This document shows, in pieces, positions 1 through 10,525 of a stretch of 64,000 nt of DNA. Under the pieces are notes generated by a model. That model was not told the DNA's origin and searched no databases. It was given only the letters and a program-made list of their open reading frames with translations. Source of the DNA: Eledone cirrhosa (lineage: Eukaryota). Numbering within the stretch: the first letter of the stretch is position 1; the number at the start of each line of letters is the position of its first letter. The stretch spans positions 1 to 64,000 of the forward strand of contig CAXHJY010001320.1 in assembly GCA_964016885.1 (NCBI GenBank), read 5' to 3'. A program made the translations under genes and the position numbers.

Positions 1-863
1 CTAGGGAACCGTAAACAATCCTAACCCTAACGAGGCCTAATTCTAACCCTATCCATAATGTAGCACATACGGAATAAATCTGGCAAATAGGACGAGCTAT
101 TTTCATTTTCTTCAAAGGAGATCTATTGTTATTGTATACAGACTCTATAAAAATTAGAAATAATTCAATGTAAAGTTTATGCAATGTAGACATTATGCGA
201 TACGGATTTTATACACGATAACTGTCAGCCTTTGAAAAAAAAAACAAAGAAAAAGGGAGGGGAGAACAATAGAACATATTCAAAAAAGAAGAAAAAAAAC
301 CCACGAATTTCTTTTCGACGATTTTCGCGATTTAGCCACCATTTTAGCTAGTTCGATGCCAAGGTATTCCTCAATAAACGATATATGTCTGTATGTGTCG
401 GTTGCTATGTTGTGGAGGACATATTTAAATAATCAAGTATAGCATAGCAACCAAGGTATAGCCTCATGGAAAAAATATTCAATATTCATTCGTTGATATA
501 ATATTTAAAAAAAAATGAATTTGAATAGAATATAAAATATATTCTAGTTTCTTGTGATTCATTCCGGAATAAACTGAAAATACATGTCCGAGGCAACGCT
601 GTGAGTGTGCTGGCTTGCCTCAAAAATCATTAGAGAGGTTGCCCGGTACTCCTCGCGACGTTGCTGTCTTTTGCTCTGGTGTTGACTCGGTTGTTCACCC
701 CTTCCTTTACATTTTCTTTAATATTGCAACATTAAAAGAATATATCCTTCTGAAAGAGTCGCGAGCAATTTGTAATGTTATTTATGTATATATTTAAAAC
801 ATATTTGTTATGTTATTCTACTGTAAATTTATTTATATGCTTTGCACTTAATAAAATTATATA

Positions 864-1165
864 TGTAGCGACGTGGTTAGTCAGTCTGGTCACTACTTCT
901 GATCAGATCCGAGAATAGCCCTTAGAAGGACTGTTATCGCATGCGGTCTGATTGGATCAGAAGATAGCCCTTAAAAGAACTGTTGTCACATACGGTAAGG
1001 ATGAACAGACGAAAGCACAAGTTGAAAGGACGAGCAAGGCGAGAGATGTAGTTTCGGTCAGCTATTTATTTTCACATGAAGCGACGATACAGAGGTACAA
1101 GGCGTGTGTGAGTGACAAGCGTGGCAGAGGAGAGGAACAACGATACGCGAGTTGACTCTACCAAA
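864..1165 (-). repeat. 3' LTR of outer Gypsy element (probably truncated on its internal side)
   Basis: About 14 differences in 302 bp against 9602-9903 by eye; ends ...GTCGCTACA on minus; minus-strand AATAAA near 1065-1070; no adjacent polypurine tract. Confidence 0.85.
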
Positions 1166-1423
1166 AATAAAAAAATTTGCAAAACAAGAGAGAGAAGGGA
1201 GAAAAAAATGTTATACACAATGCTATACACAATGTTTGTTCTTCAATAGTGTTTGTAATAGATAATGTTCATAATAAATAATGTTCTTCGTGACATGAGC
1301 ACATGGTCACTAAAAATTGCAATTGTTCAAGCAGAAAATTCATTGTATTTGAAACTGGAAATAGTAAACACAAGGAAAATGGAAATGTTTTGCAAGAAGA
1401 ATGATTAAGAAACTCACTTGAGA

Positions 1424-1971
1424 TTAACGGTAATTCACATATTGTGCCAACTTGGCGGGCCAATGGACACGTCGTCCACTTCTCGTGACTGGAGATGAAA
1501 CAGGTGGCTTGCTGAGACAGCAATCTGTTGGAGTTTCTGGTGTAGAGACTGTAACAGTATCCATGATGGCTTTTTTTAATCTGTCCACACTGACAGAATT
1601 CTGTTTACCATCTAGATCGAGAATAAAATATTTCGGATATTTTTTTAGAACACGATAAGGGCCAGAATATGGAGGTCGAAGATGAGCTGAGATGGTGTCG
1701 TTTCGAACGAAAACGTGTGCCCAATCTTTAATGTCTGAAGGTACGTGTGTGGCCGTGTTCTGTTGACGGGTGCTTGCAGGAGCAAGATGAGACATATATT
1801 GTCAAAGACGGTGTACATATGATCCTGGGTCTGGAACATCCTGAGGAGAGATGGGAGCAACCATGTGACCAGGTAGAACCAGGGTGGTGCCGTACACACT
1901 AATTCTGCAGGTGTGTGTCCGAATTCCTCCTTAACGGTGGATCGAATGCCCAGAAGGATGAGTGTTAGGTA
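1424..1971 (-). pseudogene. Integrase C-terminal part of outer Gypsy (GPY/F module), frameshifted
   Basis: LILLGIRSTVKEEFGHTPAELV, then LRPPYSGPYRVL...SVDRLKKA...TRSGRRVHWP. Confidence 0.88.
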
Positions 1972-2227
1972 TGTGGGTATGGTGTGGCATGCGGTGGCCG
2001 GAGGCGGGGGGAGTGCTCGACAAGAAGGGGTTTTTGGCCGGAAGGATGCTCGACCGGAAGGGCCAGCAGAGGGCCTCTCTCTAGTGGTGACCAGCACACG
2101 GTGTGGACGCGAGTTTTGGGCAGCTCCCGGTGTTAAGCAGTCGGACGCACGTGGAAGAGGAGTACCTGCAGTGGAATTTAGCGGCGCCTGTGAAAAGCGG
2201 TAAGTGAGATAGCTCTTTCTAACCACA
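1972..2227 (+). repeat. 5' LTR of inner element
   Basis: 256 bp, TGTGG...CCACA; 4 substitutions and 1 indel against the 3' LTR by eye. Confidence 0.95.
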
Positions 2228-2296
2228 AGCTATTTCGGCGACTGAAAAAAAAAAAAAAAAAAAAAAGAAAACACTTGCCGCAAAACAAATCAGAAG

Positions 2297-3048
2297 ATGG
2301 CGACAAGACTACGGATGAACGAAGCTATCAGAGCATTAACCGGGGAAGGTGATGTTGTCGCTTGGCTGCGGAAGGTTCGGCTGGTCGTAAGCTTGCAGAA
2401 GATAGAAGACGTGGCCGGCCTCATGGCATTGTACCTCGCGGGCGACGCGCTGGTACTCTTCCTTGAGTTGGACGAGCACAGCCAAAGAGATGTGCAGAAG
2501 ATTGAGAGGCGTCTGATGGATGCATTCGCCGAGGGACCGTTGGCGGCTTTTGCTAAGCTGGCGAGAATCAGGTGGAATGGTGAGCGCGTCGACATTTTCG
2601 CACCGGAAATAAGGCGGTTGGCTATGTTGGCCGGTTACCAGGCGGAATGCGAACGCACGGTGCGGTTGGCGTTCATCAATGGATTTCCGGACGACATAGC
2701 GGTGAAACTGCAGCAAGTCCCGGGGTATAAAGAGATGGAAATGCGTTCACTGGTGGAACAAGCCCGGATCATAGCGGAAGATGCCAAAAAGAGTGTTGCG
2801 GCGATAGCGACTACGGAGGCCCAGGACACCTGGCAGCGAAATGGTGAAAGGGAGGCAACCTCGGCACGCGGCCGTCCGCGTGAGTTTAGGGGGCGCTGTT
2901 TTAGGTGCCAGGCCCGCATATGGCTAGAGAGTCGAAGCCGGAGATAATTTGCTACCGGTGTAAGCGACCAGGCCACATCGCTACTAACTGCGACCAGGGA
3001 AACGATCCAAGGGGAACTACTGCGCCGGTAGTTGGCCCTTATGAGTAG
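2297..3048 (+). pseudogene. gag of inner LTR element (two CCHC-type knuckles, frameshift near 2910)
   Basis: ORF 2297-2947 ends ...GRCFRCQ; an alternative frame continues ICYRCKRPGHIATNCDQGN to TAG at 3046-3048. Confidence 0.82.
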
Positions 3049-3054
3049 CGGCGC
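2997..3054 (+). promoter_or_regulatory. Putative -1 ribosomal frameshift signal (G GGA AAC plus H-type pseudoknot)
   Basis: GGGAAAC at 2997-3003; stem AAGGG-AACTAC / GTAGTT-CCCTT; loop GCGCCG complementary to CGGCGC at 3049-3054; the -1 frame is the protease frame. Confidence 0.7.
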
Positions 3055-3059
3055 TGCCC

Positions 3060-3587
3060 GTGGTGGAAGTCTTCGTGAGGGGGAAGCCACAGCGAGCCCT
3101 CGTGGATACGGGCTGTACGACGACACTGGTGACCGCGGGGGTGGCGCAAAGGTGGGGAGGGAAGAGCAGCGTAAGGGCAGTCGACGGCAGGAAAATTGAA
3201 TGCCGAGGTCGCAGCGAGATGGAAATAGCGGTACGGGGAAGGACGATAAGGCTTTCCGCCATCGTGGTAGACAGTGTGGTGGATGGGATCGGCGTGGTTA
3301 TGGGCATGGACGCGATTGGCCGTCTAGGGGGCGTCACGGTGAACAATGTCGGTGTGTCGTTTGGCGCCGCTGCATCGGTATGCGCTGTGAGTGCACGTCA
3401 TGAGAACCAGAAGGCCCACGAGGAGGAATACCCCGCCTACACTGTACAGGACAAAGACTTCAAGGCCGTGTTTGATGGGCAGCGATGGGTTGTTGAGTGG
3501 TACTGGAAGGGAGAACCACCAACACTGAAGACCAAAGTGGGCTGCTATCAACACACATTGAAGGGAAACGCTAGGAGCGAGAAGTAG
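3060..3587 (+). pseudogene. Retroviral-type aspartic protease of inner element (frameshifted from RT near 3580)
   Basis: ALVDTGCTTT active-site motif and VVMGMDAI. Confidence 0.88.
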
Positions 3588-3631
3588 AGAGATGGATCGA
3601 AGAGGGCATACTGCTTCCCTGGAAGGAGGAG

Positions 3632-5863
3632 GTGAAGTGCGGAGTATTGCCGTTGATGGCGGTGGTGCAACCCACGAAGAGCAAGGTGAGGCCGGTGCTG
3701 GACTATCGGGAGCTGAACGAGCACGTGTCATGTCACACGGGTGGCGAGGTCACGGATGTCTGTGGGGAAACCCTGCGTGAGTGGAGACGCATGACGGGGG
3801 GTTCAGCGATCGTGGATCTAAAGTCGGCTTACTTGCAGTTGCATATAGATGAGAAGCTCTGGCGGTATCAGCTGGTCAGGTATAAGGGCCGGACATATTG
3901 TCTGACCAGGCTCGGTTTCGGGCTGAGCTCCGCACCGAAGATCATGGCGGCGGTCCTCAAGACCACTCTGGGGAGGGCCGACAAGATAAAGAGGGCTACT
4001 AACTCCTATATTGACGACATCCTAGTGGACGAGTCGGTGGTGTCGACGGCGGAGGTCACGAGCCATTTGCGGAGGTATGGACTGACTGCGAAGCCATCAG
4101 AAGCATTGGAGGGAGGAGCCGCGCTGGGACTTAGGCTACGGCGAAATAAGACGGGCGTTTTGGTGTTCCAGGGGGGAAACAAAGTTCCGGAACTGGGCCC
4201 AAGTATGAATAGGCGGGAGCTTTTCTCGGTGTGTGGAAAGCTGGTGGGTCACTACCCGATCGCTGGGTGGCTCCGGACGGCATGCAGCTATGTCAAGAGA
4301 CGAGCGGGAGGGGTGACTTGGAATGACAGAGTGGGAGAGAGAACGGTGGCCATGATGCAGGAGATCGTGGGGAGGGTGAAGGCCGACGACCCAGTGCGGG
4401 GACGCTGGTACGTTCCCAAATCACAGAGCGGGACCGTATGGTGCGATGCCAGCAGCATAGCGCTGGGTGTCACGTTGGAGATAGGAGGTGTTGAGGTCGA
4501 GGATGCAGCCTGGCTTAGAAAGAAGGACGACTGCAGCCACATCAATGTGGCCGAGCTGGACGCGGTGTTGAGAGGGGTGAACCTCGCCCTGCGGTGGGGG
4601 CTGCGCACCATCGAGATACGCACCGACTCGGCTACCGTACTCGGATGGGTAAGATCAGTGCTCACCAGTGAGAAGAGAGTGCGAACGAGAGGCGCGGCGG
4701 AGATGCTGATAAAGCGCTGCCTGGGAACGTTAGGAGAGCTGGCCACCGAGTTCGACCTGAAGCTGAGCGTAGTGTTCGTGCCCTCAGAGAAAAATAGGGC
4801 GGACATCTTAACTAGAGTGAAGAGAGCCTGGATGGAAGCGCCGGAGGAGGTGGAGGATGAGATAGCTGCCGTGTGTCGGCTGACCGAGTTAGACCTGAAG
4901 GGGTTGCATGACATGCACCACATGGGGTTGGATAGGAGCCTGTTCCTAGCCAGGAGAATCGACTCGGACGTTAGCAGACACAGTGTTCGGGGGGTGGTTA
5001 GAGGCTGCGTCCGATGTCAGTCCATTGATCCCGCCCCGGATGTACACGAAACGGGAAGCTTCCCGGTGGATCGCGATTGGAAGCGATTAGCGGTGGACGT
5101 GACGCACTACCGGCAGGGAACGTACCTCTCGATGGTCGACTGTGGACCAGGTCGAATGGCGATATGGAGGGAGATGAAGACTGGAACGGCCGAGGAAATC
5201 GTGCGGACGTTGAGAGAGGTGTTCTTGGAGCGGGGCCCTGTGGATGAACTGCTGATGGACAACAGCGCAGCGTTCCGCTCGGAGGCACTGAGGGAGATGC
5301 TCGATGGATGGAAGGTGGACCGTTTCTTCAGAGCGGCGGACAGGCCGAGCGGGAATGGAATCGTGGAGCGACACAACCGGACGATCAAGGCAATGGCGGA
5401 GCGGGGCCATATCTCACCAACGGAGGCAGTGTTCTGGTACAATATGTCCCCTCGGGTTGGACAGGTCGAGGAATCGGTGCCACATAGAGCAGTATTCAAA
5501 TACAAGTGGCGGCACCCGTGCACGCCACCACAACGGCCAGTGGGGAGAGAGAGTGCATTCGTGCAGATGGGCGAAGAAGTCTGGGTTAAGCCCCCAGATG
5601 CACGTTGCACATCTCAATGGGGAAGGGGAACGGTGACGGCCATACATTCAAAGAACAATGTGTCTGTGGACGGGGTACCACGTCATGTCCTGGATGTAAG
5701 AAGAATCACTGTGTCGACGGACTCCGAGGAAGAGGAAACCCAAGATGAGGTGGAAACCCAGAGCTCTGCCCCAATAATACGAAGATCGCAACGAAGTCGT
5801 AGACCACCGACCTGGACAGCAGACTTTCATATGCAGAGGGACGAGGGGGAAATTGATCCTTGA
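3632..5863 (+). CDS. Pol (RT, RNase H, DDE integrase) of inner LTR element
   Basis: RPVLDYRELN, DLKSAYLQ, RLGFGL, SYIDDIL; RNase H WCDASS...HINVAELDAV...RTDS; integrase HHCC, DVTHY, LMDNS, GNGIVER. Confidence 0.92.
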   Translation: MKCGVLPLMAVVQPTKSKVRPVLDYRELNEHVSCHTGGEVTDVCGETLREWRRMTGGSAIVDLKSAYLQLHIDEKLWRYQLVRYKGRTYCLTRLGFGLSSAPKIMAAVLKTTLGRADKIKRATNSYIDDILVDESVVSTAEVTSHLRRYGLTAKPSEALEGGAALGLRLRRNKTGVLVFQGGNKVPELGPSMNRRELFSVCGKLVGHYPIAGWLRTACSYVKRRAGGVTWNDRVGERTVAMMQEIVGRVKADDPVRGRWYVPKSQSGTVWCDASSIALGVTLEIGGVEVEDAAWLRKKDDCSHINVAELDAVLRGVNLALRWGLRTIEIRTDSATVLGWVRSVLTSEKRVRTRGAAEMLIKRCLGTLGELATEFDLKLSVVFVPSEKNRADILTRVKRAWMEAPEEVEDEIAAVCRLTELDLKGLHDMHHMGLDRSLFLARRIDSDVSRHSVRGVVRGCVRCQSIDPAPDVHETGSFPVDRDWKRLAVDVTHYRQGTYLSMVDCGPGRMAIWREMKTGTAEEIVRTLREVFLERGPVDELLMDNSAAFRSEALREMLDGWKVDRFFRAADRPSGNGIVERHNRTIKAMAERGHISPTEAVFWYNMSPRVGQVEESVPHRAVFKYKWRHPCTPPQRPVGRESAFVQMGEEVWVKPPDARCTSQWGRGTVTAIHSKNNVSVDGVPRHVLDVRRITVSTDSEEEETQDEVETQSSAPIIRRSQRSRRPPTWTADFHMQRDEGEIDP

Positions 5864-5876
5864 GATCAGGTGGGCG

Positions 5877-6131
5877 TGTGGGTATGGTGTGGCGTGCGGT
5901 GGCCGGAGGCGGGGGAGTGCTCGACCAGAAGGGGTTTTGGGCCGGAAGGATGCTCGACCGGAAGGGCCAGCAGAGGGCCTCTCTCTAGTGGTGACCAGCA
6001 CACGGTGTGGACGCGAGTTTTGGGCAGCTCCCGGTGTTAAGCAGTCGGACGCACGTGGAAGAGAAGTACCTGCAGTGGAATTTAGCGGCGCCTGTGAAAA
6101 GCGGTAAGTGAGATAGCTCTTTCTAACCACA
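5877..6131 (+). repeat. 3' LTR of inner element
   Basis: Copy of 1972-2227; preceded by a weak purine-rich tract GAGATCAGGTGGGCG. Confidence 0.95.
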
Positions 6132-8747
6132 AGGTATTCAAACCAGTGGGTCTTGTCTGGATATGCTTTTATTGCAGCTTTCAATTGGCGATGGAATCTT
6201 TCCACGAGACCCATTAGATTGCGGGTGATAAGCTGTCATGCGGATGTGTTTACATCCTAACAGGCGAGTCAGTTCCCTGAAGAGGTGGGAGTCAAACTGG
6301 CATCCTCTGTCCGTTGTTATCTTCGCTGGGGCGCCATAATGTGATACCCAGTGTAAAACCAAAGTTTTAGCGACTGTTTCCGCTGAGGTATCACTTATGG
6401 GAAAAGCCTCAGACCAACGGGAAAATCAATCTATGCAGGTGAGCAAGTGTGTGCAGTTCTGTGATGGTGGTAGAGGTCCAACGATGTCGATATGCACATA
6501 ATGAAAACGTGCATCAGGTTGCGCGAATGTGCCGAGTGGAGTTTTGATGTGTCTGTGGACTTTGGCTTTCTGGCAGGCAATGCAGCTCCTGGACCAGTCG
6601 CGCACATCCTTGTTAATGTTAGTCCACACAAAACGAGCAGAGATGAATTTCTGTGTAGCCCGGATTCCCGGGTGAGACAAGCAGTGTAAAGCAGAAAAAA
6701 CTTGTCGACGATGCATCTGTGGTACGTACGCTCGTTCATGACCGGTAGAAAGGTCGCACCAAATTTGTCCCGGAGCAGAAGGAATGGGAACTTGCTGAAA
6801 CTTGAGGGATGGCGAATCTCAGAGCTTGATAAACTCTTCATCAGTCTCTTGGTCAGCTGTGATCTGTTGAAGGTCGATGCCTGAATGCACATGTATTGCG
6901 TTCAGCTGGATTCGGGACAGGGCGTCGGCTGCTATGTTGTCTGATCCCTTGATATGCCGAATATCAGTTGAATATTGGGAGACAAAATCCAGGTGCCGGA
7001 GTTCTCTCGATGAATGTCGATCAGGTTTGGTATGGAACGCATAAACTAGTGGTTTATGGTCCATGTAGATCACGAAATCTGATCCTTCGAGCATATGCCG
7101 AAAATGTTTAACCGAAAGGTAGGTTGCCAAGAGTTCGCGGCCAAACGTACTGTATTTAGTTTCTGCAGGTTGCAACCGCTTAGAAAAGAAGGATAAGGGT
7201 TGCCAAAGGCCGTCGACATGTTGTTGTAAAACGCCTCCAACCCCCGTGTCTGATGCGTCCACTAGCAGCGAAAGAGGAGCGCCAGATCTGGGGAAAATGA
7301 GCATGGAAGCGTTTGCCAACATTTCCTTCAGGCGGTTAAAAGATGTTAATTCTTCCTCGTTTAGAGTGATCTCTTCGTTTTTGCGAGTCCGGTTGCGAAG
7401 AAGGTCCGTGAGGAGTCTGGCTACGTTGGCACAATGAGGGATGAAACTCCTATAAAAATTCACCAAACCGAGGAATTCACGCAGTTTCCGAAGTGATGTA
7501 GGTGCGGGAAAATTGCGGATAGCTTCTACTTTCTCGGGAAGTGGACGAATGCTGTCTTTATCAATGATGTGCCCGAGAAAGGTCAGTGAAGGAACGCCGA
7601 GAAGGCACTTGCTGGGGTTGATGATAATACCGTACTCGGCCAAACGTTGGAAAAGGAGATCTAAGTGCTTCTCGTGTTCTTGCTCGGAAGTACTTGCTAC
7701 CAGCACGTCGTTGATATACGCGTATACAAAGGGTAGATCACGTAACACGGTGTCAATAAACCGCTGAAAAGTTTGTGCAGCGTTACGCAGACCGAACGGC
7801 ATTCGCAGGAATTCAAATAAACCGAACGGTGTTGTGATTGCGGTCTTCGGAATATCTGCAGGCTCCATAGGTATCTGGTTATATGCACGTACCAAATCTA
7901 TCTTGGAAAAGATGCGGGCGCCTTGCAGAGAGGTAGAAAAGTCGTGCAAGTGAGGTACAGGGTAATTATCGGGTACTGTAGAATTGTTGAGTGCACGATA
8001 ATCCCCACATGGTCGCCAATCATTCTCGGGTTTTTTAGGAACAAGGTGTAGGGGTGCAGACCAGTTGCTGGAGGAAGGGCGAATGATTCCGAGGTCCAGC
8101 ATGTGTTGAAACTCCTGTTTGGCGATTCTCAATCGGTCTGGAGGCAGTCTCCTTGGTTGGGCAGCTGTGGGTGGTCCTCTTGTCTCGATTTGGTGTGTGA
8201 CACTATGCTTAATAGGTCCATCCTTAAATACCGGGCGAGTGATGTCTGGGTAATTCTGAAGAATGCCGTTGTAACACGAAGGCTCTGGCTGGCAAATTAC
8301 AGGGCTCACTGTGGATTGCGTGGTAAATATACCTCTCACAGTGAGGTTTGTGGTGCTATCAATAAGCCTCCGGTTCTTCATGTCCACCAGAAGGTTGAAG
8401 TGGTGGAGAAAATCGGCTCCTAAGATAGGGGTCGACAGGTCTGCCACAACGAACACCCATTGAAAACGACGCCTCAGGCCTAAATTGAGGGTCAGTGATT
8501 TCTCCCCGAAAGTCGGAATTGACGATCGATTCACTGCCTGCAGAAAGGACGGCGTTGGATGTCTTTTGCCCGAGACTAGTGAAACAGGAATAACACTAAC
8601 CTGGGCTCCTGTATCCACGAGGTAACGGATGCCTGTCGCTTGGTCGTTGATAAAAAAAAGACGACTTTTCTTCTCAGTACAAGGGGTGAACGTCGTCGCT
8701 AGGCTCTGGTCTGCCCGTTTCCCTGGGTGGTATTCTGGAAAGAGCAC
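6132..8747 (-). pseudogene. pol of outer Gypsy (PR, RT, RNase H, integrase N-terminus and core), with frameshifts
   Basis: YLVDTGAQ; [11 protein letters not shown]; RMPFGL; YIND in place of YxDD; VDASDTG; ADALSR; HPGI...CIAC; HIDIVGPLP; TTDRG; VERFHRQLK. Confidence 0.93.
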
Positions 8748-9541
8748 GGGGCCTTACACTTAGATGCCTGAGCGCCGAATTCTTCGTGATACCAGCAGAG
8801 GTTGCCAGACACACGATTTTGACTGGGACTTCTGGATCTTCGACAGTGAAAGGGCCTGGACTGACTGTTGCTGCGCCGCCGGTGTGTTTGAAAGGTCAGT
8901 TTCTCTAATTGGTTGGAGGGGGCTTTAATTTGACCAGCCTGTTCTCTGATAATAGCCCACAGCTCTGAAATCTCGGAGGTGGAGTCCGAGGATGCTACGT
9001 AAGGGTTCGTTCGATGATCTACCTCTGCTACTGAGGCAAAAGGGTTTGACACCTCAGCGATCTTATCTGTGACACTCGCCAGTTCTTCTGGGGTTGTTGA
9101 CTCGTTGGTCGATGCCAGAATGCCCTGCATTGATAAGGGCAAGCGCTGTATAAACAGCCGTTTCAGCAGATCTTCTGAAAGCGGCTGGTCTTCCATCAGC
9201 TGTCTCATCTTTCACAGTAGTTGGGACGGTTTTCTGTCCCCCAATTCTTCCGCAGACACGAGTTGGTTGAGTCGTCTCTGCTGTGACGCAGTCGTTCGCT
9301 TGATCAATTCCTTGTGGAATGATTCATATGACACCGTACCCGCCAATACTTCTGGCGGGACAGACCCAATTATGTAGGTGAGCTTTGCAGAATCGCTCTT
9401 AATTCTGTTAGCGGCGAATTGTGCTTCTATGTGAGCGAACGACAGAGTCGGGTCGTTGGACCAAAACACAGGGACTTTCAATGTTAAAACCGCTTGTGTG
9501 GTTGGTATCTCGGCCTCTGTCGTTGGTTGTGACATGTCCAT
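8699..9541 (-). pseudogene. gag of outer Gypsy (one in-frame stop near 9212)
   Basis: LKVPVFWSNDP...IEAQF, ELGDRKPSQLL*MRQL, CWYHxxFGxxAxKCxxPC; ends QGNGQTRA* over a GGGAAAC slippery site at 8717-8723. Confidence 0.88.
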
Positions 9542-9567
9542 GCTGGTATCTTCTTAGGCTGCTGTCT

Positions 9568-9599
9568 GGTTGCGTGTTCAAATCACGTTGGGGTCACCA
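9568..9599 (-). promoter_or_regulatory. Primer-binding site complementary to tRNA-Trp, extended to 32 nt
   Basis: Plus strand reads GGTTGCGTGTTCAAATCACGTTGGGGTCACCA, matching from memory the 3' end of metazoan tRNA-Trp(CCA) with one mismatch; 2 nt from the LTR. Confidence 0.88.
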
Positions 9600-9601
9600 A
9601 T

Positions 9602-9903
9602 TGTAGCGACGTGGTTAGTCAGTCTGGTCACTACTTCTAATCAGATCCGAGAATAGCCCTTAGAAGGACTGTTATCGCATATGGTCTGATCGGATCTGAG
9701 GGTAGCCCTTAAAAGGCCTGTTGTCACATACGGTAAGGATGAACAGACGAAAGCACAAGTTGAAAGGACGAGCAAGGCGAGAGATGTAGTTTCGGTCAGC
9801 TATTTATTTTCACATGAAGCGACGATACAGAGGTACAAGGCGAGTGTGAGTGACAAGCGTGCCAGAGGCGAGGAACAACGATACGCGAGCTGACTCTGCC
9901 AAA
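9602..9903 (-). repeat. 5' LTR of outer Gypsy (may extend to 10086)
   Basis: Repeat of 864-1165, adjacent to the PBS. Confidence 0.87.
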
Positions 9904-10525
9904 GGTCGACTGGCGAAAGTGTTTGGAATAACTCTATTTATACAAAAATAATCGTTTGATGTTTAGCCGCTGCGTCGGCGTTTTATTCTGGTGGCTTTAA
10001 GGGTTGTTTGTTTCACGGTGAGGTAGCTAGCTAAGCAGATAGATGGAGGTGTTTATTTCACAGATATTATTTCCGGTGGCTGTACATATATATATATTTT
10101 TTATTGGTTTAAGCCTTGTCACAGTGTCATGCTGAATCTCCCTACGAATCACATTAGGGGGTACACATTTGTGCAGAATGCTTAGCCACTTGCATGCTAA
10201 TTTGACCAGCAAGGTGTTCCGTTAATAGAACAACTAGAATACTCATCGTCGAAATGAACGGTGGTCCATTCCATTTCATACCTACATGCTTTTAGGTGTG
10301 TGTGTGTGTACAAAATCTGAAGATATAAACATAAAAGGAGAAATAATCTCTAGCCCTGCCACAGAAGGGAGTAACCAAATAGTTTTATGTTTTATTGAAT
10401 TGATTTCTTAAGAGAAATTTAACAACATAAAAGAAATGACTTTTTTGGTAAGTCTTAATCTAATATTTTAGTTTGCTATTCATAAATAATTATAATAATA
10501 ACAGCAACAGTAATAATAATAATAA

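Larger units (their letters stand above)
1972..6131 (+). mobile_element. Nested GC-rich LTR retrotransposon with Gypsy-type domain order (gag-PR-RT-RH-IN)
   Basis: TGT...ACA LTRs at 1972-2227 and 5877-6131; perfect 5-bp TSD AGGTA at 1967-1971 and 6132-6136; removing the element restores host integrase ...THWFEYL|TLILLGIR... Confidence 0.96.
864..9903 (-). mobile_element. Decayed Ty3/Gypsy LTR retrotransposon, CsRn1/Kabuki-like clade (outer element of a nest)
   Basis: Direct repeats of ~300 bp at 864-1165 and 9602-9903; tRNA-Trp PBS next to the right LTR; gag with CHCC motif [18 protein letters not shown]; order PR-RT-RH-IN on the minus strand; integrase interrupted by a second element. Confidence 0.93.

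Noticed and set aside
1-60. TAACCC motifs as telomeric repeat
   Set aside because: Only two or three degenerate units, cut by the window edge; insufficient evidence.
4288-5647. Antisense ORFs over retroelement pol genes (also 49966-51081 and 53365-54561)
   Set aside because: Shadow ORFs of coding sequence with no recognisable motifs.
9568-9599. Possible tRNA-Trp gene
   Set aside because: Only the 3' 32 nt are present, including an encoded CCA, directly beside an LTR; this is a PBS.
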